Shown here: one piece after another, positions 41,381 through 53,465 of the stretch | Layout: every line of letters begins with the position of its first letter | Numbering within the stretch: position 1 is the first letter of the stretch | Origin: Octopus sinensis | Taxonomy: Eukaryota | Direction: 5' to 3' | Length of the DNA stretch: 64,000 bases | Assembly: GCF_006345805.1 (NCBI RefSeq) | Contig: NC_043004.1 | Location: forward strand, 57,598,001-57,662,000 | Translations under genes and position numbers: made by a program | The notes under the pieces: model-generated | Seen by the model: only the letters and a program-made list of their open reading frames with translations | The model's database searches: none | What the model was told of the DNA's origin: nothing

Positions 41381-41873
41381 AATAATTGTGCTTTCAGTAT
41401 AATTTTCTTTTCAGCTTCACAATATTATCAGTAATGCATACATATGAGTGCATTTATTCCAGCATAAAATGGGAAGCGCGTGCGCGAAACGCACGCACGT
41501 ACGCATACATATACACATACGTATAAACACGTATACACACATACAAACATATTTGAAATTCATATATACTTATAAATATACAAAATGAATACATATATAT
41601 AACATATATATATATACATATATATATGTATATATAAATAACAAATACATGTAGATATATAGTAACATACACACACACGCGCACGAACATATATATATAT
41701 ATATATATATAGGCACATATTTATAAACATACTTTTACATTCATAGATATATATACATAAATATATACCGATATCTTTAAGCATATGCATACATGCACAC
41801 ATACAGACGTGACTATACACACATCCTTGTACACATACATGCTCACAAACATACGTAAACTCACAACACATAT

Positions 41874-41904
<31 letters not shown>

Positions 41905-41955
41905 GATGTTGGTATATATATATCATATATACATTTATATATATATTATATATAC

Positions 41956-41989
<34 letters not shown>

Positions 41990-42487
41990 TTATATATATA
42001 TATATATATATATACATATATACATTTATATATATATATATACATATATACATTTATATATATATATAAATACATATATACATTTATATATATATACATA
42101 TTTACATTTATATATATATACATATATACATTTATATATATATACATATATACATTTATAATATATACATATATACATTTACATATTATATATATATATA
42201 ATATATATATATACTTATATATATATACACATATATAGATGCTATGAACTAACGAGCTTTATTTAAAATTCCTAAAGTACAGGTAAATTTACATATACTT
42301 CGAAGATAGTATTAATTGGGATTGTTATTCGCTGGGTTTAAATATCTTAATGACATATGTCAGTTAAGAATATCCATGTCAACCATATTAGTCTGTCATT
42401 TTCACATCATCTTTTCTTTTAGTTGCTTTCAATTTCCGTGAGATTCGTGTTTTAAATATTTATGGTTTTCAATATTTGTTATAGTAC

Positions 42488-42535
<48 letters not shown>

Positions 42536-42794
42536 TCTACATTGAATTGATTGACTAAGTAGGAGGAAAAAACAAATGCTTTCACAAACTATTGAAAGGT
42601 TTCCAAAACAAATGTAATTGAAAAACGTGTGACGTATCCTCATAACATTGAACGAAAGCAAATTAGAATCTCGAAGGAGACATAAACCCAAACACATTAC
42701 GCATGCGCGCACACATATACGCGTGAGTATACACACACTCACACAAAGATACTTGCATAGGTCGATACACGCGTACACAAAAACACACACTCTC

Positions 42795-42861
<67 letters not shown>

Positions 42862-42867
<6 letters not shown>

Positions 42868-43477
42868 TACACACACTGGTGGGAACACAATCCACCTCCA
42901 TTCCTTGAAAAGGACCATATCTCACTCCTCTGGAACTTCACCATTCATACTGACAGAAAGATAGATGCAAATAGGCCAGACATCATATTGAAAGACTTCA
43001 GACAAAGAACATGCCTCCTCATTGATATGATTGTCCCAATCGATATAAACGTATCTGTCAAGACCTACCAAAAACTGAGCAAATATAAAGATCTTGAAAT
43101 AGAAATCAGCAAAATGTGGAACCTGAAGACTAAAACAATACCTGTTGTCATAGGTGCCCTGGGAATGATAGCGAAAGGGGCTGACTGCTACCAAACTCAG
43201 ATACCAGGAAACCCCAAAATGGCAGAAATTCAAAAGACAGTGATCATGGGAACTGCTCAAATCCTACGCAAAATACTTTCTATGTAATCCCAAGGTTTAA
43301 AACAAACCTTTTTTTTAAAATTTACTTATTAGACATTCACTAGTACAACACCAAAAAAAAAACAACAAATATATGGAACACTAGGTATAACAACAACGTG
43401 AACTTCCAACCTGTTGTCTCTTGAGGTCTCTGGGTGAGACAGGGAGCCAACTTGTATAAAGCAAAAGTCAAACATAG
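42862..43477 (+). mobile_element. 5'-truncated second copy of the same R4/Dong family (endonuclease + 3' UTR)
   Basis: ORF 42988-43287 differs from the last 99 aa of the 33091-35517 ORF at about 11 positions. Same 3' end (GCAAAAGTCAAACATAG); (AAT)n on both sides. Confidence 0.92.
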
Positions 43478-43503
43478 AATAATAATAATAATAATAATAA
43501 TAA

Positions 43504-43556
<53 letters not shown>

Positions 43557-43828
43557 GAAGAAGAAGAAGAAGAAGAAGAATACTTCAAGGATGGAATTTC
43601 GTAAATATGTTAAGGCATCACTACGCGTTTTTCCACAGATCACATGTTGTTTGTGATTATCAACCACATCCACAGAACAATTACCATATAATTTGTGATA
43701 TTCATGGACATCATGGTCGCTGTTTGCAATTTCATTTCGTCAGGCGCCTGTCATAGACATACATATTTACATATAAACTACACAAGAAACACGTCCTCGT
43801 ATATATATATATATTATATATATATATA

Positions 43829-43928
43829 NNNNNNNNNNNNNNNNNNNNNNNNNNNNNNNNNNNNNNNNNNNNNNNNNNNNNNNNNNNNNNNNNNNNNNNN
43901 NNNNNNNNNNNNNNNNNNNNNNNNNNNN
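43829..43928. other. Assembly gap (100 N) inside a (TA)n tract
   Basis: Run of N. Confidence 0.99.
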
Positions 43929-43944
43929 ATAATATATATATATG

Positions 43945-43978
<34 letters not shown>

Positions 43979-44113
43979 ATATATATATATATTATATATT
44001 ATATATATATATATATATTAATCAATTTAGGGTAGCAAAGAATTCAATAGAAATTATTTTGCCACCAGCGGTCTAGTGAGAAAGGGGAAATAGTCAGAGA
44101 CTATGAATAATTC

Positions 44114-44315
44114 AACAACAATTGAGGAACGGCTACAATAGGCCATTCGACCCACTAGAAATAACAGCCAGGGCTCCAACCGCAAATAGTAGTAATTCCG
44201 AAATCTTTTTTTAATTTTTCCTTAGATTTGGAATTACTACTATTTGCGGTTGGAGCCCTGACTGCTATTTCTAGTGGGTCGAACGGCCTATTGTAGCCGT
44301 TCCTCAATTGTTGTT
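44114..44315. repeat. Hairpin with arms of about 93 bp and a 17-nt loop
   Basis: 44114-44206 vs 44224-44315: three mismatches and one bulge. Confidence 0.9.
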
Positions 44316-44319
44316 TATG

Positions 44320-44416
<97 letters not shown>

Positions 44417-44523
44417 ATTATACTGTAACATTATATAATATATATATGTATACATATATAATATATAATATATATGTATGTATATATGTATATATATATA
44501 TGTATATATATGTATATATATAT

Positions 44524-44558
<35 letters not shown>

Positions 44559-44589
44559 GTATATATATGTATATTATATACAGATATTA

Positions 44590-44622
<33 letters not shown>

Positions 44623-44701
44623 TAATATATATATATATACATATATACATATAACAAATAACATATATATATATATATTATATACATATATACATATATA
44701 C

Positions 44702-47154
44702 AAATAATATGGATCTCATCCATAATGTGAAAGTGACACCGACACTACTCTCGGATCACAACATGGTAGAGCTGACCATGTACGGGCCAAAGGAAAGCAT
44801 AGACATGCAGCCTACAAGAAACCCTCAGAATCTTTCCAGCTTGAACTTCCATAAGGCAAACTGGAAACAAATTGAGAAAGTGATCCTCAAACAAATCTGG
44901 CCTGAATATCTCTCCTCGCCAGACATCGACGTGAAACTTCAACAATTCATGTCTGTAATGCAAGCCATATGCTACAAATGTGTCCCAGAGAGAAAGGCCA
45001 CTGTACACAAGAACAAAATCCCCAGAGAGAGGAACATTTTAATGAGACGGCGTACACAAATTTCAAATCGCCTAAACAAACAAATTGAAAGCAGTGAAAA
45101 TCCCGCCTGGAAATAAAACTGTTTGAAATTGAAAAATGTCTGCAACTCTCCCATGAAAAGGTAAGAGCAGACAAAGAAGCCTGGGCTATAGACAACATAA
45201 AATCTAACCCCAGAGCTTTCTACAGGTATGCCAAAGAAACAGCTACGGTGCACTGTAGGATAGGGCCACTCCTTGAAAAGGATGGCACACTCACAGGAAA
45301 ACCAATGAGGGTAAGTGAAATACTAAATGAGCAATTCAAGTGTGTTTTCACTCCACCCCTTGGGCATTTCCAAATCACCAATCCAACTGACTTCTTTACC
45401 ACTGCAGATATAAAATCAGAGGCGGCGACGATAGATTACATCGATATAAGGAAGACGATGTAATAAAGGCTATAGATGAAATGAAAACAGACTCAGCTAC
45501 TGGCCCCGATGGATTCCCGGCAATCCTCCTAAAAGTATGTAAGAGAGTCCTAGCAAGACCACTGCAGTTCCTCTTTCAGAGCTTCCTTGCAGCTGGCAAA
45601 CTTCCAAGAAAACTGAAGGAAGGTAAAATATGCCCTATTCATAAAGGAGGTAGCAGAGCGGAGGCCAAGAACTACAGACCTATCTCTCTGACCTCACACA
45701 TCAGCAAGGTCATGGAACGAATAGTCAGAAGGAAACTGATCACCTTCCTTGAAGAAAATGACTTGCTGCCTGACACCCAACATGGTTTCTGACCAGGAAG
45801 AATCTGCTTAACTCAGCTCCTACAACACTATGACAGGGTGCTGAAACGACTGCTCAACCACTCAAATGTGGAAGTCATATATCTCGACTTTGCAAAGGCC
45901 TTTGATAAAGTCGATCATGGAATGATATGTCACAAACTGCGTGATCTTGGCATAGTTGGAAAACTGGGAGAATGGCTTCATGACTTTCTGAAAGATAGAA
46001 GTCAGTTGGTAGTAGCCAATGGGGCCACTTCCATTAACACGCAAATAGTGAGCAGTGTTCCGCAGGGCACTGTTTTGGGACCACTACTGTTCATAATGGC
46101 CCTCTCAGACATGCCCTCAGCCACGCAGAGAGCCACGATCACAAGTTATGCAGATGATACAAAAGTTTCACAGGCAATACAGAACCCTGAGGACACTAAA
46201 CGCCTGCAACGTGAGCTGGACAAAACATACAAGTGGGCTGAAAAGAATAGCATGCAGTTCAATGCTGAAAAGTTTCAAGCTTTATACTATCAGCATGCAA
46301 AACTAAATGCAATACCCAATGAATACACTGGACCCGGAGGAATTGCAATCCCAGAGGCACAATCAGTGCGTGACCTGGGTATTTAAATGAGTGATGACGC
46401 AACCTTTCGTGTACATGTTGCTAAATTGACAATTAAATGTAGACGACTGGCCGGATGGATTCTCAGAACCTTTAGAACAAGAGAACAAGAAACCATGATG
46501 GTTTTCTGGAGGACACTTGTCCTAAGCCACTTTGACTATTGCTTTCAGCTATGGTCACCATCCAGTGTCAAGTTGATCACAGAACTTGAGGCGATCCAAC
46601 GTGGCTACACGAAGAAGATAGCCTCTGTGCAGAATATAAGCTACTGGGAAAGACTCAAGAGATTAAAACTCTATTCCTTGGAGCGTAGGCGAGAAAGATA
46701 TGCCATAATATACATCTGGAAGATCCTGGAGGGACTTGCCCCAAACTTTGGCATCGAGAGTTACACAAATACCAGAACCGGACGCCACTGCGTGCTGCCT
46801 AGGACTCCAAATTTGCCATCAAGATGTAGGACAAGATACTGTGATAGCCTGGGCTTCCGAGGCCCACAGCTCCTCAATATCCTCCCGAAGAACCTAAGAG
46901 ACCTGCATGGGGTGGATGCAGATGTCTTTAAAATGAAACTGGATCTCTTCTTCTCAGGTATCCCAGATGAACCAACTTCACGGCAGGAGGTGCAGATGAG
47001 GCAGCTGCATCGAACTCTCTCATGCAGCAAATGGCAGTTGCTAAAAAGCATTCGTGAAGTAAAACCATGTAGCAACACCAAATGCCGGTGCCCCAGCATG
47101 GCCACAGCTCGTGAGCTGAAACTAGAATCAATCAATCAATCAATCAATCAATCA
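44702..47154 (+). mobile_element. 5'-truncated, inactivated CR1-type LINE (APE C-terminus + RT) with (ATCA)n tail
   Basis: APE terminal motif LLSDHNMV; RT motifs GPDGFP, NYRPISLTSHISKVME, YLDFAKAFDKVDHG, VPQGTVLGPLLF, YADDTK; CR1-like C-terminus DYCFQLWSP..SYWERLKRLKLYSLERRRER. In-frame stops at about 45114, 45790 and 46384 plus frameshifts; ends in (ATCA)n at 47126-47154. Confidence 0.88.
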
Positions 47155-47162
47155 TATATGTA

Positions 47163-47213
<51 letters not shown>

Positions 47214-47260
47214 TATATATAATTATATATATATATACTATTACATATATATAATATATA

Positions 47261-47300
<40 letters not shown>

Positions 47301-47303
47301 ATA

Positions 47304-47335
<32 letters not shown>

Positions 47336-47367
47336 CATATATATACATATATATTATATATATATAT

Positions 47368-47653
47368 AGGATAAATATTTTATATATAAAAAACGTGAAA
47401 TACAGGAAGGGACAAACACGGAACACAGACAAATCATTCGATGCCTTCAACTTCAGTCAGACACCGAATCATCATAGCAAATTTCGGCTGTTCATATATA
47501 ATATATATATACATATATATATATATATACGTATATATATATATATATATATTATATAATATATATATATTATATATATTATATATATATATATATATCT
47601 ATATATATATAATATATATATATATATATACATATATACATATATACATATAT

Positions 47654-47708
<55 letters not shown>

Positions 47709-47736
47709 ATATATATATATATATATACATATATAC

Positions 47737-47767
<31 letters not shown>

Positions 47768-47894
47768 GGGATACATATTTTATATATAAAGAACGTGAAA
47801 TACAGGAAGGGACAAACACGGAACACAGACAAATCATTCGAAGCCTTCAATCTTCAGTCAGACACCGAATCATCATAGCAAATTTCGGCTGTTC
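47368..47894. repeat. Tandem duplication of a unit of about 127 bp (47368-47494, 47767-47894) separated by (TA)n; distant relative of the 50628 repeat
   Basis: Shares ACGTGAAA, ACAGAC..TTCGA(A/T)GC, CAGTCA and GATCAT/AATCAT..GCAA(A)TTTCGGCTG blocks with 50628-50853. Confidence 0.8.
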
Positions 47895-47924
47895 ATATAT
47901 ATATATATATACATATATATATAC

Positions 47925-47956
<32 letters not shown>

Positions 47957-48005
47957 GTATATACATAGATAATAATAAAATATCATTATTATTATTATTA
48001 TTATT

Positions 48006-48219
48006 AAGGCTGTGAGCTGGCAAAATAATTACCACACCGGGTGGTATGACTTGCGGTATTTCGCTTATGCATCCGTTCTGAGTTAAAATCTCTTTGAGTT
48101 CGACCCGCCATTTTATCCTTTCGGGGTGGATAAAATAGATACCAGTTGAACACCCGGATCATTACTATTGACTAGTCCCTTCTCACAAAATTTCAGGCGT
48201 TGTGCCTTTAGTAGAAAAG
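48006..48219 (+). mobile_element. Family B SINE, diverged
   Basis: AAGGCTGTGAGCTGGC head; TTTATCCTTTCGGGGTGGATAAAAT core. Confidence 0.65.
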
Positions 48220-48266
<47 letters not shown>

Positions 48267-49292
48267 CGTTTGTTGTTCCTGCTGCTGCCGATGGTGTTTT
48301 TACTAGCTTACATTTATATAGGCATGGTGCTGTGTTTATCTGATGTTTATACGAAATAAAAATTGATTTAGAACCTGTAACTATAGATTATGTACATGGT
48401 TCTGAGATAACCAAGTTGTTAAGACGCCTGCTTCACGACATATGTGCTATAGGATTGGAACTCACTCAATGTCTCTATGTGTGCGTGAGTGCGTCTGTGC
48501 GTGCAAGTGTCGTGAAAGCGTATCTGTGCCTGTATGCGGTGAAAATGAAAGAGGGGGGAAAAAAGCGACAATTATCGTAACAAAGGCAATTAAATTTGAA
48601 ACACCGCTCATCAACCATGACAAATAGAATCAGCATAGTGTTGTCAAATTTATTACTCCTCTGGTGGCAGTAATTGTAAAATATCATTAAGTTAGGAGTC
48701 ATTACAAAATATCATTTTAAAAACATTGGAAACAATATACAAGTGATACATACACACACACACATGTGTATATGGGTGACAAATGAAAAGAAGAAGCTCT
48801 CAACACCTTTAGTAAGAGTTACATATGATATTTAAAACAGATTGGTATGGCCCCATGCAATTTATTGTTTCGTAGGCATGTTACAGCCCACGAGAAATTA
48901 GTTTTCTGTAATAAGATACTCACGAGAAGCTAGTTTCTGTAAGAAGCTTACTGAAATTTAAATCGCATGGGGCCCGAATCAAACTGTGTTAAATATTAAT
49001 TTTAGCGGCTTCTTGTAACTGGCGCCTCCAGGAAGGAATGGTGTCAACGATAACAGCACGAAACTCTTATGAGCTCTTGGACGTTAACTAATGAGGGATT
49101 AGCTCCAAATTCTCCGTGTGTTATGGCTTTATCAAATTTCCTGTTTGTTTTTGCAAAAGTTACCGTTTGATGTATTTTCATTAAATCCTTGAAATATTAT
49201 TTATGTGACGCAACACACTTCTTCTATGTTTACCCTATATATGTATACACACACATTTTTACACACACGTATATATATATATTTGTATATAT

Positions 49293-49500
49293 AGTTAATC
49301 CAAACAAGAAAGCACAAAAAAACACAACGAGAGGACGTGGAACAAATATAGTATTATTGGACGCTCAGGAAAGAAGGAAAGGAGGAGGGTTTAACGTTTC
49401 GAGCGGAGCTCATCGTCGGAAACATAGGAGAATTAAAGATCCAAAGAAGTGAAGACAGAGGAAAAAAATCGCCAACGGTACACACAAGGTCACATTTTGA
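49293..49500 (-). repeat. Interspersed repeat of about 208 bp carrying a hammerhead-like CCGACGA motif (copy 2; motif 49389-49423)
   Basis: Minus strand: GUUU CCGACGAU GAGC-UCC-GCUC GAAAC GUU AAAC. Confidence 0.75.
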
Positions 49501-49674
49501 AATATATATATATATATATATATATATAGATATATATATATATATGAGAAATTGTTAAAATATTATGAGGTTATTGAGGTATTTTCCATAACCAATGGTA
49601 GACTTAATACACAGATAAAGAAATTCTATCGGTCAACGCGGTGCTGAGCACTTACTCTCAACGTTCGACATTAC

Positions 49675-49724
<50 letters not shown>

Positions 49725-50238
49725 TGTGGTATTTCGGCTGTGTATTGCAAAATAAATTCACCGAGAGACTGGTGGAATGAAGGAAAGTGGGAAAGTAGCT
49801 TTCGTCACACTACATGTGTGCACTTAGGACAGGTATGTAAGCATCTCCAGAGTAAGCGACGTTCAGGATGCAAAGAAGGAGAGAAAGAATGATTTAACTA
49901 GGAAGAAATGACATTGTCTTTACAGGGACAGAGGAATAACATCTATTTATGAACAATAATAGGTTGCTTCGTGAGCTAAAAATTTATGTAGCTAAACTGT
50001 TTATGACTGGCATTTTGTCAGGAAAATCGTTCGCGTTCGTCCGAAAGAGAGTTAACGTGTCATATATTTTGAACATCATCCCCAAACCCCATCATCATCA
50101 CCATCACCACAATCAGTAAGGGACAGTTATTGGTAAATCAAGAATAAGGGGTAGTGACAGTCACATTAGAAGCAGGAGATGCTGGTGTGTTATTTTGCTT
50201 GCTTGTTTATATATATATATATATTTTGTCTTTTCTTT

Positions 50239-50526
50239 CCGACCAGGCTATCAGATGTAGTTACACGTCGCTGGTCACAATGCGTTCGCATTGTTTTAGC
50301 CTTGAAATGACGCCACCCCGCTGGCTAAGCGAGCTGGCTAACAGAAGAAAGAGTGAGAGAAAGTTGTGATGAAAGAGTACAGCAGGGATCACTACCCCCT
50401 GCCGGAGCCTCGTGGAGCTTTTAGGTGTTTTTGCTCAATAAACACTCACAACGTTCGGTCTAGGAATCGAAACCGCGATTCTACGACCGCGAGTCCGCTG
50501 CCCTAACCGCTAGGCCATTGCGCCTC

Positions 50527-50527
<1 letters not shown>
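50239..50527 (-). mobile_element. tRNA-derived SINE, family C, tail type 1
   Basis: As 4221-4521. Confidence 0.85.
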
Positions 50528-50590
<63 letters not shown>

Positions 50591-50627
50591 GGCATATGTG
50601 TATGTATGTGTGTATGTATGTATATAT

Positions 50628-51669
50628 AGGTAAACGTTAAAAAAACACAAACTGGGTCAAGAACGTGAAACATTTTGAAGACGGCAAAAAACACACAGAC
50701 GGGACTTTCGAAGCTCTCAGTCATCAGTTAAGAACCAGATCATCTTCGCAATTTCGGCTGATTAATCTTGAGATTGCTCCAATCTGGGCAGCCAACCAAG
50801 GGAAATCTAAGCCAATCGCATTAGATTCCTTGGAAGAAAACCTCGAAAGTATACAACACGGTGACGGAAAAACGGACGATGTTACTCGAAAAAAAAAAAA
50901 TTCAAAAATACGTAAAAACAATAAAGAAAGCACGGTTAAAAATACAAAATAACGTAAAAACAATCATAACAAAACCAGGACGTCAGGACAAGCGTCTTTC
51001 GACAGGACGAGTTGAGTATAGGGCTGGCTGTGGTAAAAATGCCTGAAGGCAAACGGAGCACAAACACATACGTGTGGTCAAGCCAACTACTTGATGCGAA
51101 AGGCAGTAGTAGCTAGCTGGTCACGTGAGCACAAAAAGGAGGAAGGGACAGATGAAGAGAGAACCAGGAGAGGGAAAGGGACAGGTCAAGTGGGGTATAA
51201 GGTCTGAGAGGCAGAGAAATGTGGGAGAGGAGGGACGGAGGAAGAGAGAAAGAAAGAAGGGGAACAAGGGAGGAGAAGAAAAAGAAGGAAAGAGACAGAA
51301 CAAGGGGAGTGAAAAGGGTGAAGGCAGAGAAAAGTAGGAGAGGGGGGAAAAAGAGACAGAGTAGTAGAGTCGTACCAATGTTAGAGAGTAATATACTTAC
51401 AGTATAGGGTTAAAGGGTAGGGTACGTAGCCGCCATGTATATAGGTAAACGTTAAAAAAACACAAACTGGGACAAGAACGTGAAACATTTTGAAGACGGC
51501 AAAAAAACACACAGACGGGACTTTCGAAGCTCTCAGTCATCAGTCAAGAACCAGATCATCTTCGCAATTTCGGCTGATTAATCTTGAGATTGCTCCAATC
51601 TGGGCAGCCAACCAAGGGAAATCTAAGCCAATCGCATTAGATTCCTTGGAAAAAAACCTCGAAAGTATA
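50628..51669. repeat. Two direct repeats of about 226 bp (50628-50853, 51443-51669) flanking a spacer of about 590 bp with a purine-rich part
   Basis: The copies differ at only a few positions by eye. Confidence 0.85.
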
Positions 51670-51677
51670 TATATATA

Positions 51678-51823
51678 TTTTACTCTTTTACTTGTTTCAG
51701 TCATTTGACTGCGGCCATGCTGGAGCACCACCTTTAATCGAGCAACTCGACTCCGGGACTTCTTCGTTTGTAAGCCCGGTACTTATTCTATCGGTCTCTG
51801 TGCCGAACCGCTAAGTTACGGGG

Positions 51824-51874
<51 letters not shown>

Positions 51875-52041
51875 TATATACGACGGGCTTCTTTCAGTTT
51901 TCGTCTACCAAATCCACTCACAAGGCTTTGGTCGGCCCGAGGCTATAGTAGAAGACACTTGCCCAAGGTGCCACGCAGTGGGACTGAACCCGGAACCATG
52001 TGGTTGGTAAGCAAGCTACTTACCACACAGCCACTCCTGCG

Positions 52042-52044
<3 letters not shown>
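51678..52044 (-). mobile_element. tRNA-derived SINE, family A
   Basis: Complete head (rc of CCACTCCTGCGCCT) and tail; internal (TA)n. Confidence 0.85.
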
Positions 52045-52084
<40 letters not shown>

Positions 52085-52642
52085 ATACATAAAAATGTGA
52101 GTGCGTGTGCAAGCCTGCATAGTAGAGATACAAACATGATGAATTTATTTCTCCGAAGATTGAAAAATGTGATAAATAGCTGTAATAGATTATTGGATTC
52201 ACGTGAAAGGTGTCTACATCAGTTAATCTGTTTATATACACAACAAATCCAATAGATCCAAAAAGCTAGGGCCAGTATATTGCATACTATATGTGTTTAA
52301 CTCTTTACCTCCTTACTTAATTATTTCCTGATACCTGAACACATCCGTGTACGTAAGCGAATAGTATTGACTTTACTGTCATAAATAAATATATATTCGT
52401 GTCTCCGGTACCGTTATGTTCTTGTTTAAGGTTATAGGTTGGACGGACCGCTAACGTCTATGAGTAACTCACCATGGTTTGAAATAGTTAAGGCAAATAC
52501 CATTAAGATTTCGAAACGGTTGAATATTTACAGCAAGTACTGCCTGTAAGGTATTGGCTATTAAACCATATAGTAATTATATTACGATGAGATTATCGTG
52601 TTCATGCAGCCGAGAATCCAGGATATACAAACAGAATAATAT

Positions 52643-52860
52643 CTTTACTCTTTTACTTGTTTCAGTCATTTGACTGCGGCCATGCTGGAGCACCGCCTTT
52701 AGTCGAGCAAATCGACCCCGAGACTTATTCTTTGTAAGCCCAGTACTTATTCTATCGGTTTCTTTTGCCGAACCGCTATGTGACGGGGATTTAAACACAC
52801 CAGCATCGGTTGACAAGCAATGCTAGGGGGACAAACACAGACACACACACACACACACAT

Positions 52861-52895
<35 letters not shown>

Positions 52896-53059
52896 CGGCA
52901 GGCGTCTTTCAGTTTCCGTCTACCAAATCCACTCACAAGGCTTTGGTCGGCCCGAGACTATAGTAGAAGACACTTGCCCAAGGTGCCACGCAGTAGGACT
53001 GAACCCGGAACCATGTGGTTGGTAAGCAAGCTACTTACCACACATCCACTCCTACACCT
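52643..53059 (-). mobile_element. tRNA-derived SINE, family A
   Basis: Complete head and tail; internal (CA)n(TA)n. Confidence 0.85.
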
Positions 53060-53246
53060 ACTACCAGTAAATAATAATTACAAACTAAAATTATGAAAAA
53101 TGAGAGGTGGACACATTATTTTCTTATAAGATCCGTTTCATAATATTTTTCTTATTGTTAATTTTAGCATCGCAAATTATGTACGTATATTTAACCTCAA
53201 TATGCATATTTAGCATTATATAATATCAATGTATATCTACATAGAG

Positions 53247-53465
53247 CAGTGCTTTTCAACCTTTTTGCTGGAGCGGAACCCCAAGGAAACATTCCACTGG
53301 CTCAAGGAACCTCTGTGCAATAATTTAATAGTCTTATGCACACATATCTGCACGGGAGAATTAAAAATTACTGCCGATTTTAGCAGTTTTGTAACTTCTT
53401 GCGGAACCTCTGGACTGTACTGGCGGAACGCAAAGGTTCCGCGGGACCCTGGTTGAAAACCACTG
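53247..53465. mobile_element. hAT-superfamily MITE (219 bp)
   Basis: TIRs CAGTGCTTTTCAACC / GGTTGAAAACCACTG (14/15); perfect 8-bp TSD ACATAGAG at 53239-53246 and 53466-53473. Confidence 0.9.

Noticed and set aside
48849-48974. 16-bp terminal inverted repeats (GGCCCCATGCAATTTA) with an internal direct repeat
   Set aside because: No TSD and single copy in the window; superfamily cannot be assigned.
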